Assembly: GCA_964016885.1 (NCBI GenBank)
Contig: OZ024743.1
Span: forward strand, 10,850,001-10,914,000
DNA: 64,000 bases
Reading direction: 5' to 3'
Source: Eledone cirrhosa
Taxonomy: Eukaryota
Part shown: positions 1 through 15,940 of the stretch, one piece after another
Layout of the letters: the number at the start of each line of letters is the position of its first letter
How positions within the stretch are numbered: the stretch's first letter is position 1
Notes under the pieces: model-generated
Databases searched by the model: none
Told to the model about the DNA's origin: nothing
Seen by the model: the letters and a program-made list of their open reading frames with translations, nothing else
Position numbers and translations under genes: made by a program

Positions 1-376
1 ATCTCAGTCTGAGAGGTATTATGCTGTTGCGTTTCCTTTCATTTTCTTATGAATTCTTTTCATTTCTTTATTGTCCCGGTTGTCATTAATGGGTTCGCTT
101 CGCAACCGCATGATGTGAAGTTCAGCCCCACTACAGGACTTGGGTAGTGTCATCTTCTATAGCCTCAAGTTGACCAATGCCTTATAAGTGAAATTTGTTA
201 GACGGAAATTGTGTGGAATCCCGTCGTATATATATGTGTGTATATATATATATATATTTTTTTTTTTATTTTTTTATTTTATAGAAGGAGCTTCTATAAA
301 ATAAAAAAAATTTTACTCTGCCATGTATTGAGTACCTTACTTACTGTGGTTATCCCCGACTCAACCCGGGACCTAC

Positions 377-485
<109 letters not shown>

Positions 486-497
486 TGTGTGTGTGTA

Positions 498-660
498 TAC
501 AGTGGCGGACTGGGTCTAAAAATATTGGTTGCCAGGAGATGAAGGGGTCCCACCTACATATAGAATGCTATCATTTAATTTGTATAATGAATAAATAACA
601 TTTTCGAAAAATACATAAGTAGAAACAAAACCGTGCAATCAAATGTTTTGGGAAAAGTAT
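498..660 (+). repeat. Dispersed repeat starting TACAGTGGCGGACT (second copy 2537-2627 + 3718-3780)
   Basis: Direct sequence similarity between the copies; DNA-transposon-like start, but no partner TIR found. Confidence 0.6.
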
Positions 661-716
661 TTTTACCTTCTCCAATAAAAAATATTATGTATTTTGCGAG
701 ATCCAGAGACTTTCAA

Positions 717-1165
717 TAATGACCAGAAGTCGACCCTAAGTATTACTAATAGCACTAGGAAAGCTATGAATGACACCACATATTTTTAACTTTGATTTTG
801 AAAGTAGGTTTATAATTATCAATTTTCGTTATACTTTTGTAGCTGTCTCAGTGGTCTAGTTGGACGAATCATAGACGATGCTGATCGTGGTCTGAAGTTC
901 GATCCTGGCCGGGAGTAGGGTTCCCGTTAAACATTTTCAATTTTTTTCTATTGGTTGTAAATAAAAACTAAAATAGATTGAACCCAAGGTCAGGATCTCT
1001 ACCGTCTTTAGTACTTACCGCTAGGCCACAGAGACATCAACGAAAATCTTATGAAAATTCAGACTTATAAACCTACTTTCAAAATTTTCCAAACATAATG
1101 ATGTGGTGTCGTTCATGTCTTTCTTAATGTTATTGCTCCTACTTAAGGTTGACTTCTAAATCATT
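717..1165. repeat. Degenerate foldback whose inner arms are two convergent tRNA-like heads
   Basis: Arms 717-860 / 1020-1165. A-box TGGTCTAGTTGG and B-box GTTCGATCC at 845-905 (+); mirror at 977-1036 (-). Confidence 0.6.
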
Positions 1166-1752
1166 TGGGTGTTCCATAAACTACATCCTCGTTTTGTTTC
1201 TCATCTATCTAGACTATATTTTAAGCTGTAATCCATGTTTCATTTCTGTTGCACCCCCCCCCCCCCCCCCCACACACACCCCACCTCTCTCTCTCTCTTT
1301 CTCTTTGTGATATTTGAATCTACTATGATTTAAACTTACCTTATTCCTATATATATGTTTTTGCATGTCGGTTAGATTCAAACTTATAATGATTGGCATT
1401 ATAAATATATATAGTTAGGAAGCAGAAAATTGCTTATTGTAATCCAGTTCGTGGTTAAGAAAGCCAGTTTCATGGACGGTTTCAACGTCCGGTTAGGGGT
1501 AACTTCACAAGTTTGTAAGAATCACGTTCAATATTGGAGTATAAAGAATAAAAGAGAAAACGCAGGTAAGCATTAAAAAAAGGATTTTATCCAGGTATTT
1601 ACGACCGTTTCATTGGTAAGTGCAACCTTATATTGCTATACTGCAAATAGCAGCCACTCAATAATAATTGTTGTTCACCTCCAAATTTTCAAAATTATCC
1701 AGTAAATACCTGGATAAAATCCTTTTTTAATGCTTATCTGTGTTTTCTCTTT

Positions 1753-2515
<763 letters not shown>

Positions 2516-2627
2516 TGTATATATATATATATATATACAGTGGCGGACTAGGTCTACAAATATTGGTTGCTTGATGAAGGGGGGGCCCACCTACATATAG
2601 AATGCTATCATTTAATTTTTATAATGA

Positions 2628-3165
2628 ACTAGCATTAAAGCCCGGCGTTGCTCGGGGTCAGTAAGTAACCAAAGTTAGGTTGCACCACCCATTTTATGGC
2701 AGCACTTTTTTGTCTGCCAGGCACTGGACTGCCGAAGCAGGAGCTGCGCCAGCAGTGGCAATTGTAGTTTCGCCTATGGATATTATCTCTGTGCAAAGAA
2801 GTGTTGAAATGTATTGTTTCACAGTACTTGCGCAACATGCGAGTAGACGATGCCAGCCGAACAACAGAGCTGCGATGGAGTTGTTCTGCATGGTTATCTA
2901 ATGTGTGTTTTCTAAATTTAAGACAGTAGGGGGGGTGATATGTGGGAGAGTTAGCTGCTGTTTCTAGCAGGTTTAGTGACCTCATAGAGGATATGTGTTT
3001 TCTAAATTTAAGACAGTAGGGAGTGGTGTGATATGGGAGAGAGTTAGCTGCTGTTTCTAGCAGGTTTAGTGACCTCATAGAGGTTGTTTCGTATGAAATG
3101 TAATAAGTTCTCTTTGTCATTGAAGTAAATAAATGTTTGACCGTTCCACACTCAAAAACAAACGT

Positions 3166-3249
<84 letters not shown>

Positions 3250-3342
3250 TCACTCTCTTCGGCGTTCCTAAAGGAAGTTTGTAAGTTTAATCGTATATCA
3301 AAAACAAACGTTCTCTCTCTCTCTCTCTCCCTCTCTCTCTCT

Positions 3343-3420
<78 letters not shown>

Positions 3421-3717
3421 GTTTGTAAGTTTAATCGTAATAAGAGTAAGTTGCAGCATGTATGTAGTTTTATCGAATTTTAAGAGGAGTAGAGAGAGGA
3501 GAGCTGATTGTATTAGAGGGGTAAAGCGTCATGTATTTAGTTTTATCGATTATTTCCGTAATTATGGGTGAGTTTGAAGGAAATAAATAGTTGACCTAAG
3601 TTAGACCATTTACAACATTCTTACAGACGTTGAGTTGAATCGGTTTGAAATTGTGAAAATGTATAAACATAGAACATACACACACACACAAAACAACAAC
3701 AATCTGCCTTTTATAGA
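2628..3717 (-). mobile_element. Non-autonomous Helitron-type element
   Basis: Minus strand starts TCTATAAAA and ends with the CCCGAGCAACGCCGGG hairpin plus CTAG. It splits a repeat that is contiguous at 498-660. Confidence 0.75.
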
Positions 3718-4066
3718 TAATGATAAATAACATTTTCAAAAAATACATAAGTGGAAACAGAACAATGCAATCAAATTTTTGAGTCAACACTCCTTCACTC
3801 CCACACTCATTAACACCCCACCCCCAGACACATCCAAATATCTCTTATATATAGAATCAAACATCACAACACAACCTGATCTCAGTTTGACATCGCCACC
3901 GACGAATGCGAGAAAGTTCTACAGGAAAGTTAACCGGGAATCTTTAAAAAATCTTCCCACCGAAGTTAACAAAGAACTTACTAGTTAACAAAGAACTTAC
4001 TCATAATATTATAAAATTAAATCAAATTGTTTAGAACTACAAGTGAAGTCATTCTTTTCCTTTTTT

Positions 4067-4121
<55 letters not shown>

Positions 4122-4194
4122 GAGCGGAGCAAGCAATTATCAAACAATCTTTTAAATAAATTAAAAAACGATTTAAATATTCACCTGTTCTATT

Positions 4195-4274
4195 GCTGTT
4201 ACCGACGGTTTCACTAATCAAAAGATTGGAAATCTAGAAAATTTCCAATGGAAATAATTAGATCTTCAGTCAGC
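4195..4274 (-). ncRNA. Type I hammerhead ribozyme candidate
   Basis: GCTGa-CTGAAGA-long stem II-GAAA-CCGTCGG-TA-aCAGC. Confidence 0.65.
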
Positions 4275-4660
4275 TATTTCCATACCATAAGGGTGCAAAA
4301 CCTCATAGTAAGTCAATATTTCGCTTACTGCCCGACGCATGCGGTCAAGCCGTTGAAGTGACGCACATGCAAAATTAGGCCACAAGTAAAAACGGGTTAT
4401 TATAAACTTGCTGATCATGCCGCTAAAAATAGCAGCGCGATACAACGTTTTGCTCTCTACATAAGGAGAAAAATTATAAAAGGGTATGGATATTCCAACA
4501 GGCACTAGGTACCTACAGAAATATGCAGGGTGTTTATAATAGTTGTGGTTCGATGGTACTAATTTGAGATACCAGAACTATAAAAATGAGCGGAGCAAGC
4601 AATTATCAATTATACCTGTTGGAATATCCATACCCTTTTATATATATATACATATATATA

Positions 4661-5310
4661 AGAGACGTAAAATAAGAAAATTATAAAATTAACTTACTTA
4701 CTGGCATTTAAAATTAACTTACTGCTGGCATTTGCTAGCATTGATATGCATCTGTATGTATATATATGTTACTAGATATGAATTCTTTATTATTATCTCC
4801 AAATTATTTGTCGAGCAATATTGGCCATGACTGCTGCTACGGTTGTAGGCAGGCCGCTGTCTTATTAGCAAACCACTTTCCACTGATTGACCTCAATGTC
4901 ACGTGTTCGATTCTTTTTGAATTTGCCACAGACGTAGAAGCAGTGATTTTCTCAATGGCTTGGAATTCAGTCCACGCTTTGCTATTTCCTATCCACTGAA
5001 TTATTTTTTAATAAGTTTCCAGTGTCCTCGCTTTGCCTGGAAACTTACATGAGAATAGACTTTCCTGGCGACGGAATGCTTCTCTATATTATTCTTCGGA
5101 AAATATATTTACTCCATTCCAGAAACTAATTAGTTGGAAGTGATATTTTAGTAAGTAAGTTAATTTTATAATTTTCTTATTTTACGTCTCTTATATTATT
5201 GTTCTGCAACCCCATGCATTGAACCACACTGTTATTAAGACAAAACCTATATATTTTCTAGCATTGATATGCATCTGTATGTATATATATGTTACTAGAT
5301 ATGAATTCTT

Positions 5311-5379
<69 letters not shown>

Positions 5380-5548
5380 GATAGACATAGAATATTCGAA
5401 AATATTCTGTATGTTTATAATAAACATTTTGAAGACCTAATCGCTATAGAATAGAATACGTCACGTATTACAATTAGATTCTCGATAAAAGCAAAATGTT
5501 TATTATAAACATACAGAATATTTTCGAATATTCTATGTCTATCTTCAC
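4661..5548. repeat. Foldbacks 4661-5190 and 5375-5548
   Basis: Terminal inverted arms of about 42 and 55 bp; the first is related to 58953-59080. Confidence 0.8.
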
Positions 5549-5574
5549 ATATATATCGCTATTTCAGAGCATTT

Positions 5575-5616
<42 letters not shown>

Positions 5617-6884
5617 ACACATTAATGGTATTTATAGGATGTCGTGTTTGCACTATAGAAGCACGAGTCAACCTATGGGAGTTAGCTTGATCAACACTCA
5701 ATACAGGAAATAAATTCATGGTTTCAGAGTGGTGATTTATTATTCGATTTTGAAAAGGCCAAATCGTGTCCTAAGCAACCGACGTATGCAATACAGTTTT
5801 ATAAGCCTATCAATATTATTTCCTTGTGGTTGTTTAGCGATCATACATGTCTTCTGATGAGGTAACAATAATGGTCGAAAATCGATTAATGATATTCATT
5901 ATGTTTTCAATGTACAGGTAAATAAACATATTTACCATGTTTACACCCCTATGTATTCAATGTATGCATTTATACACGGTTTTACGTTCTCGGATAGTTC
6001 TGTACTATATATGTGTAGCGATGGAGCATGTTTTTAGTTGGACCGTGTGAAGAGTTGGTTTGAATGTTGTATTATTGTTCGTTTTGGCGTGGCAGATGTT
6101 GCAGTTGTAATGTTGTTGGCTTGATGGGTGATTATGTATAAGCTAGGCCTGTCCCATATAAAGTGCTGTGTGAAATCCCGTTGAATCAACAAATAAAACA
6201 TGATCGCTACTTAAATATATTTATTAATTTAATAACCTGCTACGAGGCTATTGTTGAAAATGTAAGAAAACAAGGTTTGAGCTATCCTATAACTTAGCAG
6301 TTCGAAAAATGTGATCGATAAAATAAGTTACATATTTGAAAACAAAAATGTACTGGTGCTGAAATGCTCGACTAAATCCCTTGGATTTGGTGCCACGGCA
6401 AAGCCACAGTCTTTGGACTTCATTTACCTCTTGGGCTGGAAGCTTTTTGTTTGCCCCTTATCAACCCAAGTACAGCATGAGTTAATGATTCTCTGACTGA
6501 CCTGCACTCTATCAACTCTGGTATACTTCGAAGGTCGGTTGTCTCTCACACATATTTGACCTACTTGCCATACACACACTTCCATGCAAATGATAACACA
6601 TTTCATTCTCCTTTAAACTCAGTACACAGTGTTAACCGCAACCTACGTAAATACTTCACGCCAAACCTGCACTTGTCCCGTAAATAGACACATCGGAAAC
6701 AATCTACACCAATAAGGACCTACTCTCCTTCGACAATCAAAGACGCTATCTCCAGACATGTCAAAGGAACAGTTGTGTACTGCAAGTGCACAATACACAA
6801 AGAAAGCTCCCAGACTACTCATTAATAGCGACACTTTCGAAATTGACAGCTTAAAACTAGGATTCTTTTTTCAGGATCAGAAAA

Positions 6885-7065
6885 TAATTGTTTCTACTTT
6901 TGGCACAAGGCCAGCAATCACCCATTGCATTACTGGTACTTTATTTTATCGCCCCCGTAAGGCAATGTTAACCTCGGCGGGATTTGAACTCAGAATGGCA
7001 AGGACCGTAACACTATGCGTCAAAGCATGGTCTCCGACCCTCTACCGATACTGCCAATCCACTCA
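6885..7065 (-). mobile_element. tRNA-derived SINE (octopus-type)
   Basis: Shared GGCAGTATCGGTAGAG...GAGTTCAAATCCCGCCGAGGT...GCTGGCCTTGTGCC...AGAAACAATTATT with the other copies. Confidence 0.85.
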
Positions 7066-8653
7066 CTCATCCGGGACTGTGTTACTGTTATGCACCAGTA
7101 AACTTTACCCAAGAGAGGGTCATTTGGTTACTTGGTCAAATCAACTAGCCAAGCGCTTGCAACAAGTTAAAAGGCACTATCTCTTTAGTCTAATTCTTTT
7201 ACTTCTATTATAGCGGTGTCTGCTTCTCTGAAATAGTAAGTGGCATACAACACCTCCTCAAGTCTGTCCGAGGTACTCATTAGGCACCTAATCTGTATTA
7301 TTACTGTATCTATATCATGAGTTTAAACATTAAACATATTTCCACCTGGTCCTTTCTTCTCAGGACCACAGCTCAGAAAAATACATGTTTATTCCACAGA
7401 TATTGACATTCAGATATTCCACAGATATTGACATTCAGTAGATCATCCTCAACACAAACCGCATCAATCTTCCCAATCAGAGAAAACTATTCCCCGCCTG
7501 ACTAAACGAAAATGTATTCAGATATGCGAAGATATATTCGTACACCAACCGCCTTTTGCTCTTAAGCAGAAAGAGCCGGAAGATATCTCTAGTGAATAGT
7601 GATTCATCAGAAATGAATCTCGAGGGTAGGTGGATATTTCCAGCAGGTTACACATCTGGTGATGACAGATTCCAACGAAGAACTAGTACCTGGTATTCAA
7701 TATTTCTGTAGCTTTTCTACAGGGATGGAGGTTGTTGGCATCCATATGTTCAATATATATATATATATATATATCTGTATCATCTGCTATAAATTTAGAT
7801 AATTAGAAAATTTGCAGGCAACAGAAGCGAGTATTTAAGAGTATTTCATTTTAGAGTATTTCAGATTCATACCACCTACCACTAAGTCATGGCACTCCTT
7901 TATCTAGAACAGGGTCCAGCTTCTGTAGTATATAGTAGAGGTTCTCAGAGTGGGTGTTTGTAGGGGGAGAAGGTCCAGGGGTAGCTGGGGCCTTAGGGGG
8001 GGGGGGGGGTGATATAATAGTATATTAAATACCAAATTATACATCTACTATATAAATTGGAAGTGGTCGGACGTTGTATATTTAAGTAAGTAAGTAGGAG
8101 TAGTCGGATAAACGTCAAAACGGCTTGGTGGAATGCAGCGAAAATTTACACAGTTATGCAGAATGACCCGAGGAGGCGTTGGGTCGACTTTCAAGCTACA
8201 AGCTTCCATGGTTACGGAGAAAATTGATGAAACAGGAATTTCCCATTCAAATTGAACTGAGAGTAATCTGTGAACGCAGAAGTAAATATTTCGAGAAACG
8301 TTGCAACCGAAGGAAAACAGGAAGACGATATTTTGGTTCGTGAAGACGTTCCCTGGCAATGAACGGGAAAAAAGCGAGGATAATACGTCGTTATGTGGAC
8401 CGAGAAGAACAATTTCATGCAAAGACAAGACCAAGTTTATGGTATAAATGGAGCCGTTAGACTAATATTCTATTTAACATAACAGAATGATTTCCAGCTC
8501 CGGAGTTTAAGAATGATGTCAATAAAATTGAAAACGAAAATGACAGAGGTTATTAAAATAGTAAAAGTAAATAGTGAAGATTTAGGCCAGTACATACGCG
8601 TGCCCCGACGGACATACACATACATACGCACACACAATTACATACACACCCAC

Positions 8654-8710
<57 letters not shown>

Positions 8711-9085
8711 GCACGCACGCACGCACGCACGCACACGCGCGCGCGTATGTATAAACCTTATGCATTTCTACAGTATTTTCACCAAACTTAAGACATAGGT
8801 TGCTTATGTATTCCAGTGCAATGCAACAAAACGTCATAACTTCTGGAGTTCGCAACCGATTTTCACAAAACTTGACACATGGGCTACGTTTGTCCTACAG
8901 ATGAATATGAACTCTCAGAATTGGCACATAGTGAGTAGGGGACCCCTGGGGGCAGGAACCCCCTTTTGGAAAAAGCCGATGACCACCTGATAATGCATAC
9001 ATTTTACTACCTGACATTGATTAGCAGTACATGTATATATATACATACACACACAGACAGACACACATAAACACACACACACTGA

Positions 9086-9141
<56 letters not shown>

Positions 9142-9223
9142 GGGAGTGTAACGCGGAGTTACTGTAGGTTCAGTATATATATATATATATATATATATAA
9201 ATACATAATTAATATATATATAA

Positions 9224-9257
<34 letters not shown>

Positions 9258-9479
9258 TTAAGTATATGTATATATACATATATACTTAAACATATATATA
9301 AATGTGTATATAAGTATAGCTACAATTACATATGCACACACAGATACATATATCAAATCTAGTAGTCACCAACCCTCACATACCCTACTTGCCTTTACCC
9401 CGCCTTTCTCTCAGCCTGTTGCTCGTTCGCTTCTCCAGCCACCGCAGTTACTAACCCATAGCCACACACACACATATAA

Positions 9480-9511
<32 letters not shown>

Positions 9512-9514
9512 ATA

Positions 9515-9597
9515 TACAGGTTGTCCCCCCAAAACTTATATATACTTCAATAACATTATAATCAAAGTGCGTATACATTTTTATGGGACCCACCTTG
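9515..9597. mobile_element. Possible tiny Tc1/mariner MITE remnant
   Basis: TACAGGTTGTCCC ... GGGACCCACCTTGCA imperfect TIRs. Confidence 0.35.
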
Positions 9598-9627
9598 CAC
9601 ACACACACACATATATATATATATATG

Positions 9628-9838
<211 letters not shown>

Positions 9839-9857
9839 GTATATATATATATGTATG

Positions 9858-9913
<56 letters not shown>

Positions 9914-11132
9914 TACAGACACAGACACAGACACAGACACAGACTCGCACACACACACACATTATATATATATATACATATATATAACTATATATAGTAT
10001 TTACTAGTTAGTCTCCACCTGGTTTGATTGAGCCACAATTAAACCTCCTTATAGATAACCCACTGATATTCCGACATTGGCTGCCTCACCTCGGACATTC
10101 AACAGCTTATGGAGACATTCAGACTAATGTTTCGTCTTCTTATTTGCCGTTATTAGCCTGTTTACGTAGTCAATGAATAAATGAACAAGCCGACGCCGTT
10201 ATTGCTGATGTGGATGTGGTAGTGTGGTATTGATAGTGTAGTCAATGTTGTTGTTACTGCTGTTGCTGCTGTTGTTGTTTGTTTATTTGTTTGTTTTTGT
10301 TTAGCCCAAGTCAACCATGATTGAGCAGATCTATGATCAGCCTGTCGTTTTTTTTTTTTTTGTTAATTTAGGATTATATTATCCAATATGTCCTTCGTTT
10401 TAAAGACAGTAGAGTGTAATTTGAGGGGATAGATGGCTGCTATTTCTAGCCAACGTGGAAGCCTTTACGTAGTCACCCGATCTGTTAGAAGTAGCGAGCA
10501 AATCTCACTCAAACCACAAATCTGATGCATTAGAAAATGACATTTTGATTTATGTAATCTTGTTTTTTGCAACCCAGCATGCGATGGTCACGGCTGGAAT
10601 GCATTTTATTCATTGACCTGTTTGATCGGGGTTTAACTAGGGTTAGGAAACAAATAAAATATACGTTAAACCCTCCCTATGCTGTGCTGGTAGCAGCGTT
10701 GGTCTTCTTTCTTTTCCTGTGGTTTCATGTTTAAGGTGTTCGGCTCACGACTTTATGGTCCTTGATCAAGACACTTTATTTCACTTTGCTCCAGTTCATT
10801 CAGATGGCAAAATGCGTTGTACCTGTAATTCAAAGAGCCAGCCTGATCACTCACTCTTCTTTTTGGGTATATGTAAGACTACAATATCTAATGGCATTTC
10901 CTGCAAAACAATTTTGCAGACTTTATATTTGGGAGGTGCATAGGTTCCAAAAATTCCCGATACAGTGTAGTTACCATGTGATGTTGTGTGGACGCAGATA
11001 AACTCAGACTGAGCCGATATATAATTCAATGGTTTTCCAACAGTTAGTATGACTTTATATATATATATATATATATATATTTGTATGCGATATAAAACGA
11101 TATATATATACGTATATATTTATATATATATA

Positions 11133-11446
11133 TAGTAATAATAATAAATTTCAAGACTAAAATCCAAAGAGGGCTCGATAAGGATAAATATATATCAAAT
11201 ATATAAGAACCGTAGAGCAAATATTTATTAAAACAACAGATTAAAGTTTAAGCAAAGAATCGCTGTTTTCACCCTTAACGGGATCTTCTGAAACTAACAA
11301 AGTCAATCTGTAAACGCAGAAGTGGATATTTCAAAAAACGTTGCAACCGGAGGAAGACAGGAAGACGATACTTTGGTTCGTGGAAACGTTCGTTAAGGGT
11401 GAAAGCAGCGATTCTTTGCTTAAACTTTAATCTGTTATTTTAATAA

Positions 11447-11450
<4 letters not shown>
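11133..11450. repeat. Foldback family (also 59104-59430, 20133-20237; internal homolog 8265-8370)
   Basis: Shared GTAATAATAATAAATTT..AGACTAAAATCCAAAG start and an inverted terminal arm. Confidence 0.85.
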
Positions 11451-11507
<57 letters not shown>

Positions 11508-12499
11508 GTTTTATATCGCATACAAAAGTCTAGCCACTTGATTAGCAAACCTTCACACACCAACCAGTAGCTCACCAGCGGTCTGGGGTTTTTCTCTATT
11601 TCTTCTACTGTTATTTACATCAATTTATGCTCCTCTGTATCTTCCTCTTGATATCTCTTCTACATCTCACTCAAGAGACACCTTATGACACATTTAACCC
11701 CATCCCTCCCATCGCATACATTCCTTACCAATATCAACTTTAAAAGGTTCAGGGGTTAATCAGCAACTACATAGATGACAGTAATGGGGAAAAGTATAAA
11801 CTCCGAAATATAATTAATTTTGCGCCTAAGAATATTTCATTCTAGGCAAGTTAAGCAACATTTATAAATGTAAAATGTATTTTCATATTATGGTACAATC
11901 AATTAACCAAAATAGATGTAAAAGCAGATATCGGGCATCAGCTTCAAATATTGCTCAATGTAACTAAAATTGGAAATAATAAAAAAAATGTCCCACTGAT
12001 TAAAACAGAAACCAGAAAGCAAATGTTTTAAAGAAAGGGGCTGTGTAGAGGGTGGGGAGGACTGAGGAAGTAGAGAAAGAGACGAATTTTGGACTAAAAG
12101 TATTGAAAGTATTTATTTTCGTTTGGGCGATTCAAAGTTCACATCATTTTACTTTCTTCTAGTTCCTCTTCATCCAGGTATTCCTGAGAGGGTCGTGGAG
12201 GCAGAGTCCTCAAACACTCCTTCCAGTGGGTTTTGTCAAAAGCAACTGTCTCCAACTGATCCGGCTGGGTCCCCAAGTGAGACCAGCCAAGTTCATGGAT
12301 GTCGACTGATTCTGCACATTAGTTGCATAGTCGGTGAATATTAACAACTGAATAATAGAAGGAACTCTATAGACAATGAACACAACCACAAGGCTATGGT
12401 CCGAGCGTGGAAGAGCCGAACTCACACTGTCATCTCCTCCATCTCTCTCGCCCTCCCCATCTCTCTGTAGGGTGAGCAAATGGGGTCCCACGTGCTGGC

Positions 12500-12760
12500 C
12501 TCCCCACGGCCCCGGCGGACAGAATGGAGAAGGCGTTTCCCCGGAGGATGGTAAGGGAGATGCGCTGGAAGAGCCATTCCAACTCGCGAGGCTCACACCT
12601 GCGGCTGGCCAGCTCAGCGCCTATGGTGAGGAGTAGGGAGATAGCCCTAGGGCCAAGGACACCAGAAGTCTCCACTGCCAAGTGCACGACCGCAAACCTG
12701 TCGGAGAGCGACCGGTAAGGTTTGATAACCCGTGACTTTTCAACAATTATCCTTTGTGAT
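12500..12760 (-). pseudogene. CRE-like non-LTR retrotransposon C-terminal REL domain remnant
   Basis: YRSLSDRFAVVHLAVETSGVLG...EWLFQRISLTILRGNA matches the ET.G...QRIS...RGNA tail motif; GC-rich island. Confidence 0.7.
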
Positions 12761-13330
12761 TATTTTGCGCCCAAGCTGCCCAGACGCAACCTCGTTTCTA
12801 TCACCATGAACAGCTGACTATTTCGTTAGATATAGCTGTAACTAACGACGCTATTCTTCACGTGATATAAAATAAATAAATGTTCATTAGGAATGTTTTA
12901 AAGCAATTATCTTCTCACCTTTCGGCTATAAGGAAAGTGCAGAGTGGGGCATGAAGAATAAAATGGAAAGAAACAAACAGATGAAAAAGAGGGAAAAGAC
13001 CAAATAAATATATATATAAATAGATAAATATGTAAATAGATAAAGGAATAAATAAGAGATTGAAATAAAAAGGAACGAAAGGAAGGAAAATGAAAGGTAA
13101 AGAAAAAGAAAAAGTAAGAGTAAGTAAATGGGTGGGAAGAGTAGAGTGGGTTGTAGATGAAAATAAGCAATGTGTGGCGATGTAGCCAGATCAGCTGCGT
13201 TGTAAAAACAAGTCTAAAATATGGGCTGAAACGTTTCAATGAATAGTATCCATTTATGATGCATACATACATACATACATACATACATACATACATACAT
13301 ACATACATACATACATACATACATACATAC

Positions 13331-13880
13331 ATTAAAAGCTACAGCAATGTGGAAGACATCCATGTACATAATATGAAAGAGTACTGGTGGAATGTTCCAG
13401 TTAATACGCCAATAAAATGCAGGCATAACAGACCAGATATGATATGGGACAGGGAGAAGAAAGCATGCACAGGAGTGGAAATTAGCTGCCCAGCAGATGC
13501 CAATATAATATCAAAGATTAGCGAAAAGGAGAATATTTATGCAGAACTGAGAAAAAATCTGCAGATACTCCACCCTGATTACACCTTTAGATTTATGTCT
13601 GTGATTATTGGGGCACTGAGGTATGTTAGTAACTGCCTCAATACAAATCTTGAGAAGCTATCACCATGAACAGCCAACAATTTCCTAACTAGTTGTATTC
13701 TTTCTGTTCCTTCACAGGAACAGAAAGAATACAACTAGTTAGGAAATTACAAGTACAATCCAAAAGGAACAGTAAAAATATGTAAAACATTCCAAAAATG
13801 TTGCATCTAATAACTGCATACATACAACTCAAAACATCCACATCCACACATACAATAACATCCATATCTACACATGCATG
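13331..13880 (+). mobile_element. R4/Dong-like REL-endonuclease fragment inside (CATA)n
   Basis: EYWWN, HNRPD, VEISCP, KENIY, IIGA; homologous to the 22221-23010 protein. Confidence 0.8.
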
Positions 13881-15415
13881 CATACATACATATCTACCTA
13901 GTTGATGTTGTGTAAATTCCAATGAGAGAGTCTTGTGTCTATGCTAGAAACCGACTCTCTCTCTATTGGTAAAACTTTGTGAAATTATAAAACTAGAAGA
14001 ACATACACACATACATACATGATGGCTACAAACGCTGCTAAGAGTATTGCAATGGCTTGTCAGATTATAGAGTTTTGTGCAGTTTTAGGCTACGGCCAGC
14101 CACACGAACCTGTAACATATCCTGAACAAGCAGTGCCTATGCTTTGAAGGGTTTTTAAGTGGGGAAAGGCCTTGCACTCGACCAATCCCACTCTCTGAGC
14201 ATCGAAAACACTACCCGAAAAGGAGAACTGGTCAACATCATCGGATGTTTCCAAAGCTGCAGGGTTTTTTTTCAGAGTTTCCCTCTCTTAGAAAGGTGTT
14301 GTGACAACAACTGGGGGCCTTTCACTCCCAGGGGAAAAAAAAGTACTATTTGGATGGCTGTTGACTCTGCTGAATTCCTCCGCCCTACATAGATATGTAT
14401 GTATGCATGTATGTATGTATGATGTATGTACGAATGTATATTCGTACATACATACATCATACATACATACATGCATTATCTATAAATAAATACAGGAATC
14501 CAAGCATAATATCTATATCTACACGTACATACACCCCAGTATATTTATATTATTGATGCATACATTGTTAGCGGCTAAGATATTTTACTATAACAAACTT
14601 TAAATTGTACTTTTAAAAGACAACTAAAGTAAGTTCATGGCCGTTGATTCCTTAGATATTGTATATAAAGACAATGTGTTTTTATACCGTGTTGAGAATA
14701 AAGTAGCCTGCTGCAGGACTCAGTTTGACACCGAGAACTTTTTTTTTTTTTACCTTCTATATCGAAACTTCTGAAACCTTTGGGAAAGAATTCACTATTC
14801 GATATCAGAATAATTCTGAACGTTTCTGTTCCACACCTTTTATTGGGTAAAAGAATAGATGGATTCATGGGGATCTACAGCAAGGACGATTATTTATTCA
14901 GGATACTCTAAAACATGGACACATTTCTACATAATATATACAATGATGACAGCCTGGCAGTCTCAAGTAATATGAACCAAAACACCAAGGATAAATCCGG
15001 AAAAGATCTAATATAAATTTTCAAAAAGCATGGTCCCTTCCTGCTCAACTTAGAGTCCTCTTTACTAAACAGGTGCTCATAACTACCAGATTTGCTTAGG
15101 TGAAAGGCTGCAACAGTCTGCAGAATTCGTTGACAGGAAGAATGACGGAATGTGTTTTTGTCAAGGAAAACAAAAACAACAAAAAAATAAGGCATTGGCT
15201 TCTGATGGTCTGCTTTCACAAACTAACTTATATGCACATGCAGGGAAGACAGCCTTTGCTTTCGAACCAGCATACCCACGCACAAAATACAGCTGCTACC
15301 ACAAAAGTGCAATCTGCTGCCTGTTGTCGCTAAATTTTCATTTTATACACGTTGTAGACTGAGTGCCGTTATATATATTTGTATGTGTTTTGGGGTGTAC
15401 ACACACACACACACA

Positions 15416-15546
<131 letters not shown>

Positions 15547-15657
15547 TTATATATATATAGTGTATTGGTGTGTAACTCTTAGTTACGATTGGTACACCAG
15601 TTTGAGTAATCAATGCTGGGTCCAGCTGCCGATGTTAGTTGTTTCACAGTAGTTGGT

Positions 15658-15732
<75 letters not shown>

Positions 15733-15766
15733 ACACACACTCACACACAAACACACACACACAAAA

Positions 15767-15816
<50 letters not shown>

Positions 15817-15940
15817 CTGTTGTGTTTTACTCCGGACGACAAAGTTTAGCTTCTCGATCCATCGAGTGCTTTGTGATTGCCTCAAACAACTCGATTACCA
15901 ACTGCTATATATTCAATATTATACCCAATATTATATATAT

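Noticed and set aside
845-913. tRNA gene
   Set aside because: A/B boxes are present but there is no convincing cloverleaf.
6520-7740. Possible decayed GIY-YIG or LINE remnants
   Set aside because: Motifs are too degraded to support a call.
12376-12718. GC-rich possible host exon on the plus strand
   Set aside because: Better explained as the antisense of a CRE-like REL-domain remnant.
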